NCBI RefSeq assembly: GCF_946998835.1
Contig: NZ_CAMQAZ010000001.1
Location: 12,396-76,395, forward strand
Length of the DNA: 64,000 bases
Source of the DNA: an uncultured Corynebacterium sp.
GTDB lineage: Bacteria > Actinomycetota > Actinomycetes > Mycobacteriales > Mycobacteriaceae
Reading direction: 5' to 3'
The notes beneath the pieces are model-generated. The model ran no database searches. It was given only the letters and a program-made list of their open reading frames with translations, and was not told where the DNA came from. Of the stretch, positions 1 to 10,162 are shown piece by piece (positions within the stretch are counted from its first letter, which is position 1; each line of letters opens with the position of its first letter). A program made the position numbers and the translations under genes.

Positions 1-779
1 TCCCAGGCTGCACGCCATGCGGCGTCGGCATCCTGGTAGTTGTTGTACGACATCTCCTTGCCGTTGAGCTGCTCGGCGTTTGCCAGGCCCTTGGTGCCGA
101 TACGGGTCAGAGTTGCCGACTGGTGAGAGTTCTCGCCGTAGCGCAGCGGAGTCGGAGCATTCTCCTCAGCGCCACCGAGCTGCTCAACAAACCAGCTGGA
201 CACAGCTGCATCGTAGTCAGCGGTGTGCAAGAAGGCGTCGCGAGCAAACTCGCGGCGCTGCTCCAGGGTGAAGCCCCCCTCCTTCACGGCGGCAGCGACA
301 TCGCCGTAGCGAGCCGGGTCGACCACGATGGCAACCGACGGGTGGTTCTTCGCCGCAGCGCGAACCATCGACGGGCCTCCGATGTCAATCTGCTCCACAC
401 ACTCGTCGTAGGAAGCGCCCGAGGCAACGGTCTCCCGGAACGGGTACAGGTTAACGACAACGAGCTGAAAGGCCTCCACGCCGAGCTCCTTCAGCTGAGC
501 CAGGTGGTCTTCCTTGCGAGTATCCGCCAGAATGCCAGCGTGAACGCGCGGGTGCAGCGTCTTCACACGACCCTCGAGGCATTCCGGGAAACCTGTGAGA
601 TCCTCGACCGGAGTGACAGGCACACCAGCTGCGGCAATCTTGCCGGCAGTGGAACCAGTGGAAACGATTTCCACGCCCGCCTCGTGCAGGTTACGAGCCA
701 GCTCCTCGAGGCCGGTCTTGTCGTAGACGCTAATCAGAGCGCGCTTGATGGGTTTACGCTGCGTGTTGTCGTTGGTCAT
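1..779 (-). CDS. purH: Bifunctional AICAR transformylase / IMP cyclohydrolase PurH, N-terminal part (gene continues past the window start)
   Basis: The reverse-strand translation from the ATG at 779-777 reads [45 protein letters not shown]..., a typical PurH N-terminus. Its ATG overlaps the purN stop (ATGA). The ORF track misses it because it is open-ended at the edge. The listed + strand ORF 123..788 is antisense to it. Confidence 0.85.
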   Translation of the reverse strand, partial: MTNDNTQRKPIKRALISVYDKTGLEELARNLHEAGVEIVSTGSTAGKIAAAGVPVTPVEDLTGFPECLEGRVKTLHPRVHAGILADTRKEDHLAQLKELGVEAFQLVVVNLYPFRETVASGASYDECVEQIDIGGPSMVRAAAKNHPSVAIVVDPARYGDVAAAVKEGGFTLEQRREFARDAFLHTADYDAAVSSWFVEQLGGAEENAPTPLRYGENSHQSATLTRIGTKGLANAEQLNGKEMSYNNYQDADAAWRAAW

Positions 780-1429
780 TTCAGATAAGCCTTTCGTCCG
801 TCACGCTCAATTCCGTGATCGGCTATCGAGTGCAATACATCAACCAGGAGTCGGCGTTCGACAACCTTGATTCGTTCGTGCAGAGTCTCCACCGTGTCGT
901 CGTCCTCGACGGCCACTGGCTGTTGCGCCAGAATCGGCCCGGTGTCCACTCCATTATCAACGATATGCACGGTCGTGCCGGTGACCTTCACCCCATAGTC
1001 AAGTGCATCCGGTACCGCACGCGCCCCTGGAAAGGACGGCAGCAGCGCTGGGTGCGTATTAATAATGCGATTGCTGTAGGCCGCTACAAAGGATGGCCCC
1101 AGAATGCGCATGAAACCCGCCGAGACAACGATATCCGGCGAAAAACTGTTCACGGCCTCTAAAACACGAACATCCCAGCCTTCTCGGTCCTTCTTCGCCT
1201 CAGCGTCGAAAGGCACCTGGAAAGTTGGGATGTCAAAGTCTTGAGCCCTCTTCAGCGCCGGACAATCCTTGTCCGAACCAACCGCGACAATCTGAACCTT
1301 TTCAGCGTCCAGCATTTCTAGCATCGACTGCAAAAGCGAGCCCAGGCCAGAGGCCAGGACTACGATGCGGAGCTGTTTGTTAGAGGAAGTATCGTGCGAA
1401 TTTTCTGCGACGGGCTGTGCTTCAGTCAC
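776..1429 (-). CDS. purN: Phosphoribosylglycinamide formyltransferase PurN
   Basis: 217 aa with GAR-transformylase motifs (IVVLASG..., [12 protein letters not shown], tetrahydrofolate-binding region). Overlaps the purH start by 4 nt. Confidence 0.9.
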   Translation of the reverse strand: MTEAQPVAENSHDTSSNKQLRIVVLASGLGSLLQSMLEMLDAEKVQIVAVGSDKDCPALKRAQDFDIPTFQVPFDAEAKKDREGWDVRVLEAVNSFSPDIVVSAGFMRILGPSFVAAYSNRIINTHPALLPSFPGARAVPDALDYGVKVTGTTVHIVDNGVDTGPILAQQPVAVEDDDTVETLHERIKVVERRLLVDVLHSIADHGIERDGRKAYLK

Positions 1430-1498
1430 GGCGTTTAGCTTACCCAGCCCGGCATGGACCCCAAATTCCGCTCCCCCTAAGTTGGCTTAGCCGCTTTC

Positions 1499-3172
1499 TC
1501 AGCTCTTTTCGCTTGACGACGGTTCCCCGTCGCCACCCTCCTCGGGGTCGTCGGCATCTTCTTCCACGTCCGCGTCTTCTTCCGCGGCATCGTCAGAATC
1601 AGCAGCATCCTCAGAGATCGCTATAACCTCCCCATCGACGATTTCCTCAGACTCCTCGGCTTCCCCAGATTCGTCGACATCATCCGAGCCTTCAGCCTCG
1701 GCTGCTTCGTCTGCATCTCCATCAGACTCCGCGGGGAACTTCTCAGCGGCCACTTCAGGAACGTCATTGTCCCTGCCCATGGATGGCACACCCGTCATCG
1801 CGACAACCACGATTGCGCCTGGTACGACCAGCCAGATTGAACCCAACAGCCCGGTCAGCCACCACGAGGCACCAGCCCAACCAAAGATTCCGACCTCTCC
1901 ACCCAGCAACCAGGCCAGCATCATAAGGAATACCGCTGACCACACAGCGCTGATGACAACATTGAGGTACGGCTGCTTCGGCGTACTGCTCTTCAGGTAT
2001 GCCACAACTCGCCATGCTGCAATTGCTGCCGGTAGAACAATGAGCACTCCAAATGCCCAGTGGGTAAGCGACTGCGGCATAGCCGCCAGAATCGGAAGCG
2101 GCGGCAGTTGCGCGGGATGCACCGCAAAGAGTCCGGCCTCAGCCGGCCCAAAGGTCACCTTTCCGCCCACCAGCACACCGACAGCTCCAAAGGCGACATT
2201 CGGCAAATAGAGCAACGACAGTCCGCTAACCGCGAGGTTCTCTCCAGCGGTGTCCGTGATTGAGAAGGCCTCTGACACCAACTCTCGATGCCAGATCAGG
2301 GAAATCACCGTCAGCACCACACCGGCGAGCCACAGCCATGCCACATAGCTGCCAGCCAGACGCGCCGACCCAAGCAACCACTCCGGCAACTTCCGGCGCA
2401 GCAGCAGGGCACGCAGTAGCCTTTGCCCCATCCCCAGCACTAAGGCCACAAGGTTTACGAGCAGCGTGGCCGCAATCGCAATGCCAAAACTGGGGGTCTG
2501 AACGCGGGGAAACACCTTCGATGCGTCGTAAAGCATGAGCCACGCGATAATCGTGAGCACGATGGGCGCACCCAAATACGAACCAGCCAGTGCGCGCACA
2601 TCTTTGATGCTGATACGGTCGGCGACCTCGCGGCGCACACGCCAGGCAATGAATGTCACCATCACCATCGCAGGCAGCGCTGGCGCGAGCCCCAGCGTCG
2701 TACCGTTGAAGCGGAACGGCGCGAGGTTGAACATCATCCACAGCGACGCAATACTCGCCGGCAGCGGCGACAAACCAGCACCATGCATGATGACACCAAT
2801 GAGCGCTACCGAAACGATGAACAGCAACACGGCACCATAGGAACCGGCAACGGACAGAGCAAACCGGCGCGCACGGGGCGAGCTCAACACACGACGAATA
2901 CCCGGCAGCTGTCCGATGCGTGACGACGCCCCGGGGCCTCCCGCTGTCGTCTTCGTGGCAGTGCCACCGCCAGCGGCTGAACCTGCGCTGCGCGCGCCCC
3001 CTGTTTGACCGGCTTGCGTGTTTTGCCATGCACGGGTGGTGTGCTCGCTGCGGACAGCGCGGCCATTACCACCGCTGCCGCCGGTGCGGCTTCGCCGGTT
3101 TCGATCGCTACTGGAGGAACCTCTCCGCGAATCCGCGCCTTTCACAGTGACATCGCCCTTCCCGCGTCTCAT
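1499..3172 (-). CDS. Polytopic membrane protein (DUF6350 / PerM-like) with a very acidic C-terminal tail; start codon uncertain
   Basis: About 10 predicted TM helices, then a 90-aa Asp/Glu-rich tail (SDGDADEAAEAEGSDDVDESGEAEESEE...). The N-terminal 110 aa are Arg/Gly-rich low complexity, so the true start may be internal. Confidence 0.6.
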   Translation of the reverse strand: MRRGKGDVTVKGADSRRGSSSSDRNRRSRTGGSGGNGRAVRSEHTTRAWQNTQAGQTGGARSAGSAAGGGTATKTTAGGPGASSRIGQLPGIRRVLSSPRARRFALSVAGSYGAVLLFIVSVALIGVIMHGAGLSPLPASIASLWMMFNLAPFRFNGTTLGLAPALPAMVMVTFIAWRVRREVADRISIKDVRALAGSYLGAPIVLTIIAWLMLYDASKVFPRVQTPSFGIAIAATLLVNLVALVLGMGQRLLRALLLRRKLPEWLLGSARLAGSYVAWLWLAGVVLTVISLIWHRELVSEAFSITDTAGENLAVSGLSLLYLPNVAFGAVGVLVGGKVTFGPAEAGLFAVHPAQLPPLPILAAMPQSLTHWAFGVLIVLPAAIAAWRVVAYLKSSTPKQPYLNVVISAVWSAVFLMMLAWLLGGEVGIFGWAGASWWLTGLLGSIWLVVPGAIVVVAMTGVPSMGRDNDVPEVAAEKFPAESDGDADEAAEAEGSDDVDESGEAEESEEIVDGEVIAISEDAADSDDAAEEDADVEEDADDPEEGGDGEPSSSEKS

Positions 3173-3576
3173 GATTACCGGCTGACTTCCTCACCTATAC
3201 AGACAGACCTATATAGATAAAACGGCGCGCAGGGGCGCGTCACAGCCATGGCCATATAGTGCCATATATACAACGCCTCTTTGTTCAGGCATTGCGGAAC
3301 CCGGACCCGAACGTGAAGATTGTCTCCGCGAAAGCCGGCAGATGAATTTTCTACCACTTCAGTAACATCCATGCGCCCCCATGATTAAGGGCTCTCTACC
3401 GAAAACTTCGGAAAGCACATCGCTTTTCCCATGTCAGACGCACAAACCATGGGACAGTTTCTACAACAACTTCACATACCTACTGAATAGAAACTAACAA
3501 AACGGTAAACATTTTCTCGGGGCGCGGGTTGCTTGCCGTATATCGAACCGTTATTATCTCAGGAGTTAGATAACAG

Positions 3577-4320
3577 TTGGGTTACAAAGAGTTTGTCAGC
3601 AGGGAGATTGAAGTGACGTTTTTGAATGCTCGTCGCGGAGGCGGAAAGCACCGCAAGGTAGAGATTTCCGCAACTTCTCGCGCAGCACTGGTCGCGCTAT
3701 CCGCTTCGACAATCGCATCATCCAATGCGATTGCCCATGCAGCTGAAACCGATAACCAGGCTCCGGAGAACTCGGCTTCCACTCAGACCCGAGCTGCTCA
3801 GCCGAAGAACAATGCTCCGATGGTGCTGGCTTCTAGCTCCTTCAACCCGAGCACCAACCTCAGCGCTCACCTCGCTACTGCCCTGCAGTACAACCAGGAG
3901 CGCGTTGCCCGCGATCAGGCCGCTCGTGCACCGAAGCTGTCCATCCCGACTGTGGGTCTGCTGACCTCCCCGTTCGGTCCGCGCTGGGGCACCTTCCACT
4001 ACGGTGTCGACCTGGCTAACGTCACTAACACCCCAATCATGTCTGTTATGGACGGCACCATTATCGACGCCGGTCCGGCTCAGGGCTACGGTCAGTGGAT
4101 TCGCGTTCGCCACGACGACGGTTCTGTTTCTGTCTACGGCCACATCGAGTCCATCTACGTCACTGTTGGTGAATATGTCCGCGCTGGCCAGGTTATCGCC
4201 GGCATGGGTAACCGTGGCTTCTCCACCGGTACTCACCTGCACTTCGAAATCCACCCGGATGGCACCACTCCGGTTGACCCGGTGACCTGGTTCATCCAGC
4301 GTGGCCTGAGCCTGAACTAA
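3577..4320 (+). CDS. M23 family metallopeptidase (LytM/lysostaphin-like), secreted
   Basis: The C-terminal domain has the HxxxD...HxH M23 signature (FHYGVDLA..., GTHLHFEIH). The N-terminal hydrophobic segment is a signal/anchor. TTG start at 3577, or GTG at 3613. Confidence 0.8.
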   Translation: MGYKEFVSREIEVTFLNARRGGGKHRKVEISATSRAALVALSASTIASSNAIAHAAETDNQAPENSASTQTRAAQPKNNAPMVLASSSFNPSTNLSAHLATALQYNQERVARDQAARAPKLSIPTVGLLTSPFGPRWGTFHYGVDLANVTNTPIMSVMDGTIIDAGPAQGYGQWIRVRHDDGSVSVYGHIESIYVTVGEYVRAGQVIAGMGNRGFSTGTHLHFEIHPDGTTPVDPVTWFIQRGLSLN

Positions 4321-4332
4321 TCTTGCATTTTT

Positions 4333-4361
4333 AAAGCCCTGCACTCATCGAGTGCAGGGCT
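4333..4361 (+). terminator. Hairpin (gccctgcact...agtgcagggc) after the M23 peptidase gene
   Basis: 10-bp perfect inverted repeat 13 nt after the stop codon, with a weak U-tract. Confidence 0.5.
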
Positions 4362-4422
4362 CCTCTGATTAATTTTCCAGAAACCGCTATCCCCGCAGGT
4401 ACTGGGGATTTACTCTTGACAC

Positions 4423-4914
4423 ATGTCCGAAACTAAAACTTTCCGCATGTGGAAGAAGATGGCTGCGACCCCGGTCGTCGGCAAGCGTTTATTTTCCTTG
4501 ACTGCCGCGTTGACGGCACCATATTTCCGCACAATCTGCCCCAGGCTAGAGACTATGCAGCCGGGACTGGCGATAGCACATATGCCCGCCTGGTGGGGCG
4601 TGCGCAATCACATTAAGTCTGTACACGCGATTGCGGCGTGTAACCTCGCTGAGTTCGCGATGGGCATGCTGTGTGAGGCCAGCGTGCCGACGACGCACCG
4701 CTGGGTACCAAAGGGCATGACGACGAACTACAAGCGAATCTCCGTTGGCGGCCTGACGGCTGTCGCCAAGGCTGAGTTGCCGGACTTTTCCACCATTACC
4801 CCGGAGACCGGTGGTGTGGACCTCCCCGTCCACATCGTTTTGACCGATGCCAACGGCACTGAAGTGCAAGATGCCACTATCAACTGCTGGGTGACTGCGA
4901 AGAAGCCGAAGTAG
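4423..4914 (+). CDS. Hotdog-fold thioesterase-like protein (DUF4442 / YiiD C-terminal-like)
   Basis: 163 aa. Pattern recognition of the YiiD_C/DUF4442 family (AIAACNLAEFAMGML...KRISVGG); not verified by search. Confidence 0.55.
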   Translation: MSETKTFRMWKKMAATPVVGKRLFSLTAALTAPYFRTICPRLETMQPGLAIAHMPAWWGVRNHIKSVHAIAACNLAEFAMGMLCEASVPTTHRWVPKGMTTNYKRISVGGLTAVAKAELPDFSTITPETGGVDLPVHIVLTDANGTEVQDATINCWVTAKKPK

Positions 4915-4987
4915 CGGTGCGCGGATTAGTCGCTCCCCTTCCGGCCACCTCGGCCAGCCCGGCCAGCCCACGTGTGTCCATATTCTT

Positions 4988-7732
4988 TTACAGCTTCTCC
5001 ATGGGCACGCCGCCGATTAGCATCATGCGGACCTTACCTGCGGAGCCAAAGTCAATCATCGCAGTTGCGCGGGGTGCGACCCCCTGGACTTCCAGCACCG
5101 TACCCAAGCCGTACTTGTCGTGAACAACCTTGTCACCGGGCTCTAAGTGGAGGACCTGATTCTTCTTCCGGGATGACGTACCCGAGCTGGTCGACCCACC
5201 CGAACCTGTGCCAAAGCCCGAGCTAGAGCCGAAGCCAGACGAGGAACCTCGGCCACGGCCAAAGGCGCTTCCCGCGCCGTAGCCACCGGAGCCATAACCT
5301 CCAGAATCTGCGCCCCAGCTGCGAGCCGGAGCATCACGCAGCCAGTCGATTAGATCGCTTGGCACCTCGCCCAGGAAGCGGGAGGGCGGATTGTTCTGTG
5401 GCGAGCCCCACGAGGAACGGGTCACTGCGCGCGTGAGGTACAGCTGCTTGCGAGCACGAGTGATACCGACATAGGCCAGGCGCCGCTCTTCGGCTAGTTC
5501 CTTCGGGTCGCCCAGCGCACGCAGGTGCGGGAATAGCCCGTCTTCCCAGCCGATGAGGAATACGACCGGGAACTCCAGGCCCTTGGCTGTGTGCAGGGTC
5601 ATCAGCGTCACGACACCGGTGTCATCATCTGGGATTTGGTCCGCGTCCGCCACCAGCGAGACTCGCTCGAGGAATGCCTGCAGGCTTCCCGGCTCCGCCT
5701 CCCCATCGTTGTCGAAGTCAGCTGTGAAATCGCGTGCGAGCTCGGTGGCAATCCCAGATTCCACCTCGGACACGCCGCCAGCATCCGCTCCAGAAGCAGT
5801 CTCTTCATCTTCGTGCACATCAGCGCTGATATCCACCGACGACATCATCCGTGCCTCCGCAGAAAACTCCCGTGCAACGCTGACAAGCTCATTGAGGTTA
5901 TCCAGACGGGTGGCATCTTGCGGATCATTGGAGCGCTCGAGCTCCGACTTATACCCGCTGCGATCAATAATCGCGTTGACCAAGTCACCGATATCAGCCA
6001 AGTCGCCGGATGCCATATCCGCTGCCAGGCCATCAATCATCTCGACGAATGCCGCCATCGCCTTTCGACTCCGCGCTGCCACCGCTGGCACCTTGCCCTC
6101 AGCTACCGCACGCAAGGCGGCGCCAAAAGAGCAACGCTCATCTTCGGCGTAGAGCGACACATGGGCAACCGCGCGGTCACCAATTCCGCGCCGCGGCGTA
6201 TTGATAATGCGGCGAAGCGAAACATCATCGTCGAAGTTCTCAATCACCCGCAGGTACGCGACGATATCGCGTACTTCCTTGCGCTCATAGAACCTCGTAC
6301 CACCAACCACCGTGTACGGCACACCCATGCGAATGAAGACATCCTCTAACGCACGGGAGGAATTATTGGTGCGGTAGAAAATCGCCACATCCGAGTACGA
6401 GTACGGCCCATAGTCGACCAATTGCTCAATCTCATTGGCAATAAACCGAGCCTCATCGTGCTCGTTGTCCGCCACGTATCCCTTAATCTTGCCGCCCTCA
6501 CCGAGGTCGGTCCACAGCTTCTTCTCCCGGCGATTCTCATTGCGCGCAATCAACGCATTGGCCGCCGACAGAATCGTCTGCGTGGAACGGTAGTTCTGCT
6601 CCAGCAGAATCGACGTGGCCTCCGGATAGTCCGTCTCAAACTCCTCAATATTGCGAATAGTCGCACCACGGAAGGCATAAATGGACTGATCCGAATCACC
6701 CACCACACACAGCTCGCTCGGGGGCACATCTCCGCCAGGCTTGCCGACGAGCGCCGAGACCAGAACATACTGCGCGTGGTTGGTGTCCTGGTACTCGTCC
6801 ACCAACACATGCCGGAAGCGGCGGCGGTAGTACTCCGCAACCTGTGGATGCTTGGTGAAAATCCGGACAACCTCACCAATCAGGTCGTCGAAATCCACGG
6901 CATTGGCCGCCCGCAGTCTGGCTTGATACTCCAGGTAGACCCGTGCAACAACATCATCAAAAGGATTGCGCGTCGTCGACGCGTCCGCGATGGCCTTCTC
7001 CGGGTCGATCAATTCATTCTTGAGATTAGAAATACGCGAAGAGAGCACCCGGCCGGTGAACTTCTTAGTGTCCAAGTCCATGTCTTTGGCAATCATGGAC
7101 AGCAGCCGTCGGGAGTCATCCGAATCATAAATAGAGAAATTGGAATTAAGCCCCGGCACGAGCGCGTGCTGCATGCGCAGGATGCGCACACACATGGAGT
7201 GGAACGTGGAGACCCACATACGCCGCGCTTGGTCACCGACTAGGCCCGCCACGCGCTCGCGCATTTCAGCTGCAGCCTTATTAGTAAAGGTGATGGCCAA
7301 GATCTGACTCGGCAGCACTCCACGCGCACCAATCAGGTATGCGATTCTGCGCGTCAGCACAGCCGTCTTACCTGAACCGGCACCAGCCACAATCAACAGT
7401 GGCGACCCAATATGTTCCACTGCCTGGCGCTGCTGTGGATTCAACCCCTCCAGCAACGGCTCTGGATCAAAACTGGGCCCGAAACCGCCACCATAGCCTG
7501 CACCCGGCCCGCCAAAACCGGCGGCACCACCGGGCGAGCTATTGCTACCAGCTCCGGCGAAGTTGCCAAACCCACCATGGCCAGTGCCAGCACGATTGTC
7601 ACCGCCATGATTGTCGCCACCATGACCATCGTCAGCATTGAAGGACCCGAACAGCATTCCAGTTTCATTTCCCATGATGGCTACTACAGTAGCCGAGCCC
7701 CCGGATTGGACTGTTCGAATCCTTTGGCACAA
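4988..7732 (-). CDS. pcrA: ATP-dependent DNA helicase PcrA (UvrD family)
   Basis: 914 aa. Walker A GSPLLIVAGAGSGKT, UvrD motifs and a C-terminal Tudor-like tail (GDKVVHDKYGLGTVLEV). Gly-rich low-complexity extensions at both ends. Confidence 0.9.
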   Translation of the reverse strand: MCQRIRTVQSGGSATVVAIMGNETGMLFGSFNADDGHGGDNHGGDNRAGTGHGGFGNFAGAGSNSSPGGAAGFGGPGAGYGGGFGPSFDPEPLLEGLNPQQRQAVEHIGSPLLIVAGAGSGKTAVLTRRIAYLIGARGVLPSQILAITFTNKAAAEMRERVAGLVGDQARRMWVSTFHSMCVRILRMQHALVPGLNSNFSIYDSDDSRRLLSMIAKDMDLDTKKFTGRVLSSRISNLKNELIDPEKAIADASTTRNPFDDVVARVYLEYQARLRAANAVDFDDLIGEVVRIFTKHPQVAEYYRRRFRHVLVDEYQDTNHAQYVLVSALVGKPGGDVPPSELCVVGDSDQSIYAFRGATIRNIEEFETDYPEATSILLEQNYRSTQTILSAANALIARNENRREKKLWTDLGEGGKIKGYVADNEHDEARFIANEIEQLVDYGPYSYSDVAIFYRTNNSSRALEDVFIRMGVPYTVVGGTRFYERKEVRDIVAYLRVIENFDDDVSLRRIINTPRRGIGDRAVAHVSLYAEDERCSFGAALRAVAEGKVPAVAARSRKAMAAFVEMIDGLAADMASGDLADIGDLVNAIIDRSGYKSELERSNDPQDATRLDNLNELVSVAREFSAEARMMSSVDISADVHEDEETASGADAGGVSEVESGIATELARDFTADFDNDGEAEPGSLQAFLERVSLVADADQIPDDDTGVVTLMTLHTAKGLEFPVVFLIGWEDGLFPHLRALGDPKELAEERRLAYVGITRARKQLYLTRAVTRSSWGSPQNNPPSRFLGEVPSDLIDWLRDAPARSWGADSGGYGSGGYGAGSAFGRGRGSSSGFGSSSGFGTGSGGSTSSGTSSRKKNQVLHLEPGDKVVHDKYGLGTVLEVQGVAPRATAMIDFGSAGKVRMMLIGGVPMEKL

Positions 7733-7740
7733 TAAGAACT

Positions 7741-8115
7741 ATGAGCGAAAACCCGGCGGACACTCCCACCGCACACACCGACACCTCCGACGGCGCTGAG
7801 CGCAGCCAGCAAGCTGCGGCGGTGTCCCCTTTCGAGGTCCGCACCCCCACCGGCACAGATGACCCATTGAGCTCTGCGGAAATCGAACAGTACCGCAAGG
7901 AAATCAACCGCCTCGACGGGCTGATTATCGATGCTATTCAGCGCCGCACCGCAATCAGCAAGGCCGTCGGCAAAACCCGCCTGGGATCTGGTGGCACGCG
8001 GCTCGTGCACGGCCGAGAGGTGCAGATTATCAACGAGTTCCGCGACGCACTTGGCCCAGAGGGACCGGCAATCGCGTCGGCTCTATTGCGCATGGGGCGC
8101 GGCCGCCTGGGCTAG
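7741..8115 (+). CDS. Chorismate mutase (AroQ class, small monofunctional)
   Basis: 124 aa. Core EIEQYRKEINRLDGLIIDAIQRRTAISKAVGKTR...GREVQIINEF matches AroQ helices. Divergent from pcrA, as in other Corynebacteriales. Confidence 0.75.
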   Translation: MSENPADTPTAHTDTSDGAERSQQAAAVSPFEVRTPTGTDDPLSSAEIEQYRKEINRLDGLIIDAIQRRTAISKAVGKTRLGSGGTRLVHGREVQIINEFRDALGPEGPAIASALLRMGRGRLG

Positions 8116-8139
8116 CTCCCCCATCAGCTGCGTATCCAG

Positions 8140-9621
8140 CTAGCCTTCCAAGGAAATCAGCTTTTCCTCGAGAAACTCATTGATACCGGTAAAGCCGCCC
8201 TCACGGCCAAGACCGGACTGCTTGACACCGCCGAACGGCGCCGACGGGTCCGACAGCGAGCCCTTATTGACCGCAACCATGCCGGACTCCAATGCCTCCG
8301 CCGCACCGAGCGCCTTAGTCAGGTTCTCGCTGAACACATACGCAGCCAGACCAAAGATCGTGTCATTTGCCTGCTCAATCGCGTGCTCATCGTCCGTGAA
8401 GGTTGTCACTGCAACCACCGGACCGAAAATCTCTTCGCGGACAATATCCGCATCCTCGGGCACATCGGTCAGAACTGTGGGTTCGAAGAAGTAGCCGTCG
8501 GAAAGCACGCCTCCGAGATCCGGAATCTTGCCGCCACACTCAACCTTCGCACCGCGCTTGACCGCATCGTCGACTAGGTCACGGACCTTTTCCTGCTGAT
8601 CGCGCAGCGCGAGTGGGCCAAGATCCGTGGCACGATCGGTACCCTCGCCCAACTTCAGTTCCGCAAAACGCTTGACGACGCCCTCGACGAACGCATCCTT
8701 CTTGGATTCATGAACAATGAAGCGGTTCGGGGCGATACATACCTGGCCGCCATTGCGGAGCTTGCCGTCGCTAACTGCCTGCACGGCCTTATCGACGTCG
8801 CCGTCGGAGAGAATGACAAACGGCGCGTTGCCTCCGAGCTCAAGGGAGACCTTCATCGAGGTCTCCGCAGCCTTGGCTGCGAGCATCTGGCCGACTTCGG
8901 TGGAGCCGGTGAAAGTGAATTTGCGCAGGCGATCATCGGATAGCAGGGCCGAGACATTGGACGAGTGCCCCGTCGGCAGGACGGAGACGACACCTGCGGG
9001 GACGCCGGCTTCGACAAGCAGCTTGCCGAGGTAGAGCATGGTCAGCGGGGTCTTGGACGCGGGCTTAATGATGATTGGGCAACCTGCGGCGAGGGCTGGA
9101 GCGATCTTGCGTGTACCCATAGCCAGCGGGAAGTTCCACGGCGTAATAGCTAGCACCGGACCGACCGGCTGGTTAATAACCGCGACTCGCGAGGTTCCGT
9201 TCGGGGAGATTCGGTAATCACCGGAGATACGCACGGCTTCCTCGGCGAACCAGCGGAAGAACTCACCGCCGTAAGAAACTTCGCCCTTGGAATCCGGTAG
9301 TGCGCGTCCCATCTCCAGGGACTGCAGCTGGGTCAGCTTGTCTGCGTCGCGGCGAATGAGCTCAAAAGCGCGGTAAAGGATTTCGCTGCGTTTGCGGGGC
9401 GGGATTGCCTTCCACTCCGCCTGGGCTGCGACGGCGTCGTCAAGCGCCTGCTTCGCGTCCTCTTCAGTGGCAGAAGCGACCTTGACCAGTGGTTTGTCGG
9501 TGGCGGGGTTAATGACGTCGAAGGTCTCACCGTTCGACGCAGCGCGGAACTCGCCGCCGAGGAGAAGACCTGTGGGGACATCTTTGAGGATGTTGTCGTA
9601 ATCAGGAGTGAAATCAGTCAT
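8140..9621 (-). CDS. gabD: NAD(P)+-dependent aldehyde dehydrogenase, succinate-semialdehyde dehydrogenase type
   Basis: ALDH signatures (ITPWNFP, FTGSTEVG, ELGGNAP, catalytic Cys in QVCIAPNR, EEIFGPV). Start placed at MTDFTPDYD; the track ORF extends 25 codons upstream to 9696. Confidence 0.85.
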   Translation of the reverse strand: MTDFTPDYDNILKDVPTGLLLGGEFRAASNGETFDVINPATDKPLVKVASATEEDAKQALDDAVAAQAEWKAIPPRKRSEILYRAFELIRRDADKLTQLQSLEMGRALPDSKGEVSYGGEFFRWFAEEAVRISGDYRISPNGTSRVAVINQPVGPVLAITPWNFPLAMGTRKIAPALAAGCPIIIKPASKTPLTMLYLGKLLVEAGVPAGVVSVLPTGHSSNVSALLSDDRLRKFTFTGSTEVGQMLAAKAAETSMKVSLELGGNAPFVILSDGDVDKAVQAVSDGKLRNGGQVCIAPNRFIVHESKKDAFVEGVVKRFAELKLGEGTDRATDLGPLALRDQQEKVRDLVDDAVKRGAKVECGGKIPDLGGVLSDGYFFEPTVLTDVPEDADIVREEIFGPVVAVTTFTDDEHAIEQANDTIFGLAAYVFSENLTKALGAAEALESGMVAVNKGSLSDPSAPFGGVKQSGLGREGGFTGINEFLEEKLISLEG

Positions 9622-10162
9622 ATTTTCCAGGGTAGGCGTGGAGGCGAATCTCGTCAGAACTATTCCCATCGGCACTCCTTCATATCTAGGAAGCAATAGC
9701 CAAAAGGAGTAAGCGAACGAGATTAGCCGCCAAAAACTTGGACTTATAAAACAAAATTACCCCTCCTTTCCCACCCCTTTCACCGCTTTACAACACCTCC
9801 ATATTGGGGGATGTTAGTTCTTTTTCCATACTCAAAACCCCGAGAAAGCCCTCAACAAAGTTAACCCTAAAGTGGCAATTGAAGGTGTTACACCAGTGTT
9901 CACCTCAAGCGTTTTTCCTGGTCAGACAAACTTAGCCGAGCGCACAGTGTGCTTTATTGCGATATGGTAACAATCGCCATATGACAACTGGACCTATCCT
10001 GACGTCGGCATCAACCTAGTTCACCAATCGTTCACGAGTTCGCAATATATCCATAAGCATAACTACTTCTAGGGGTAACTAAATAGACACCCAGACCCCG
10101 ATGAAGAAGCTGGCTGCCTGCGGATGGCGACCCCATCGACGATTTCTCAGCAAGGAAATTGC

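Noticed and set aside
123-788. 221-aa + strand ORF at the window start
   Set aside because: It is antisense to the clearly recognisable purH N-terminus on the minus strand. The Ala/Leu/Val-rich translation is typical of reverse-frame artefacts in high-GC DNA.
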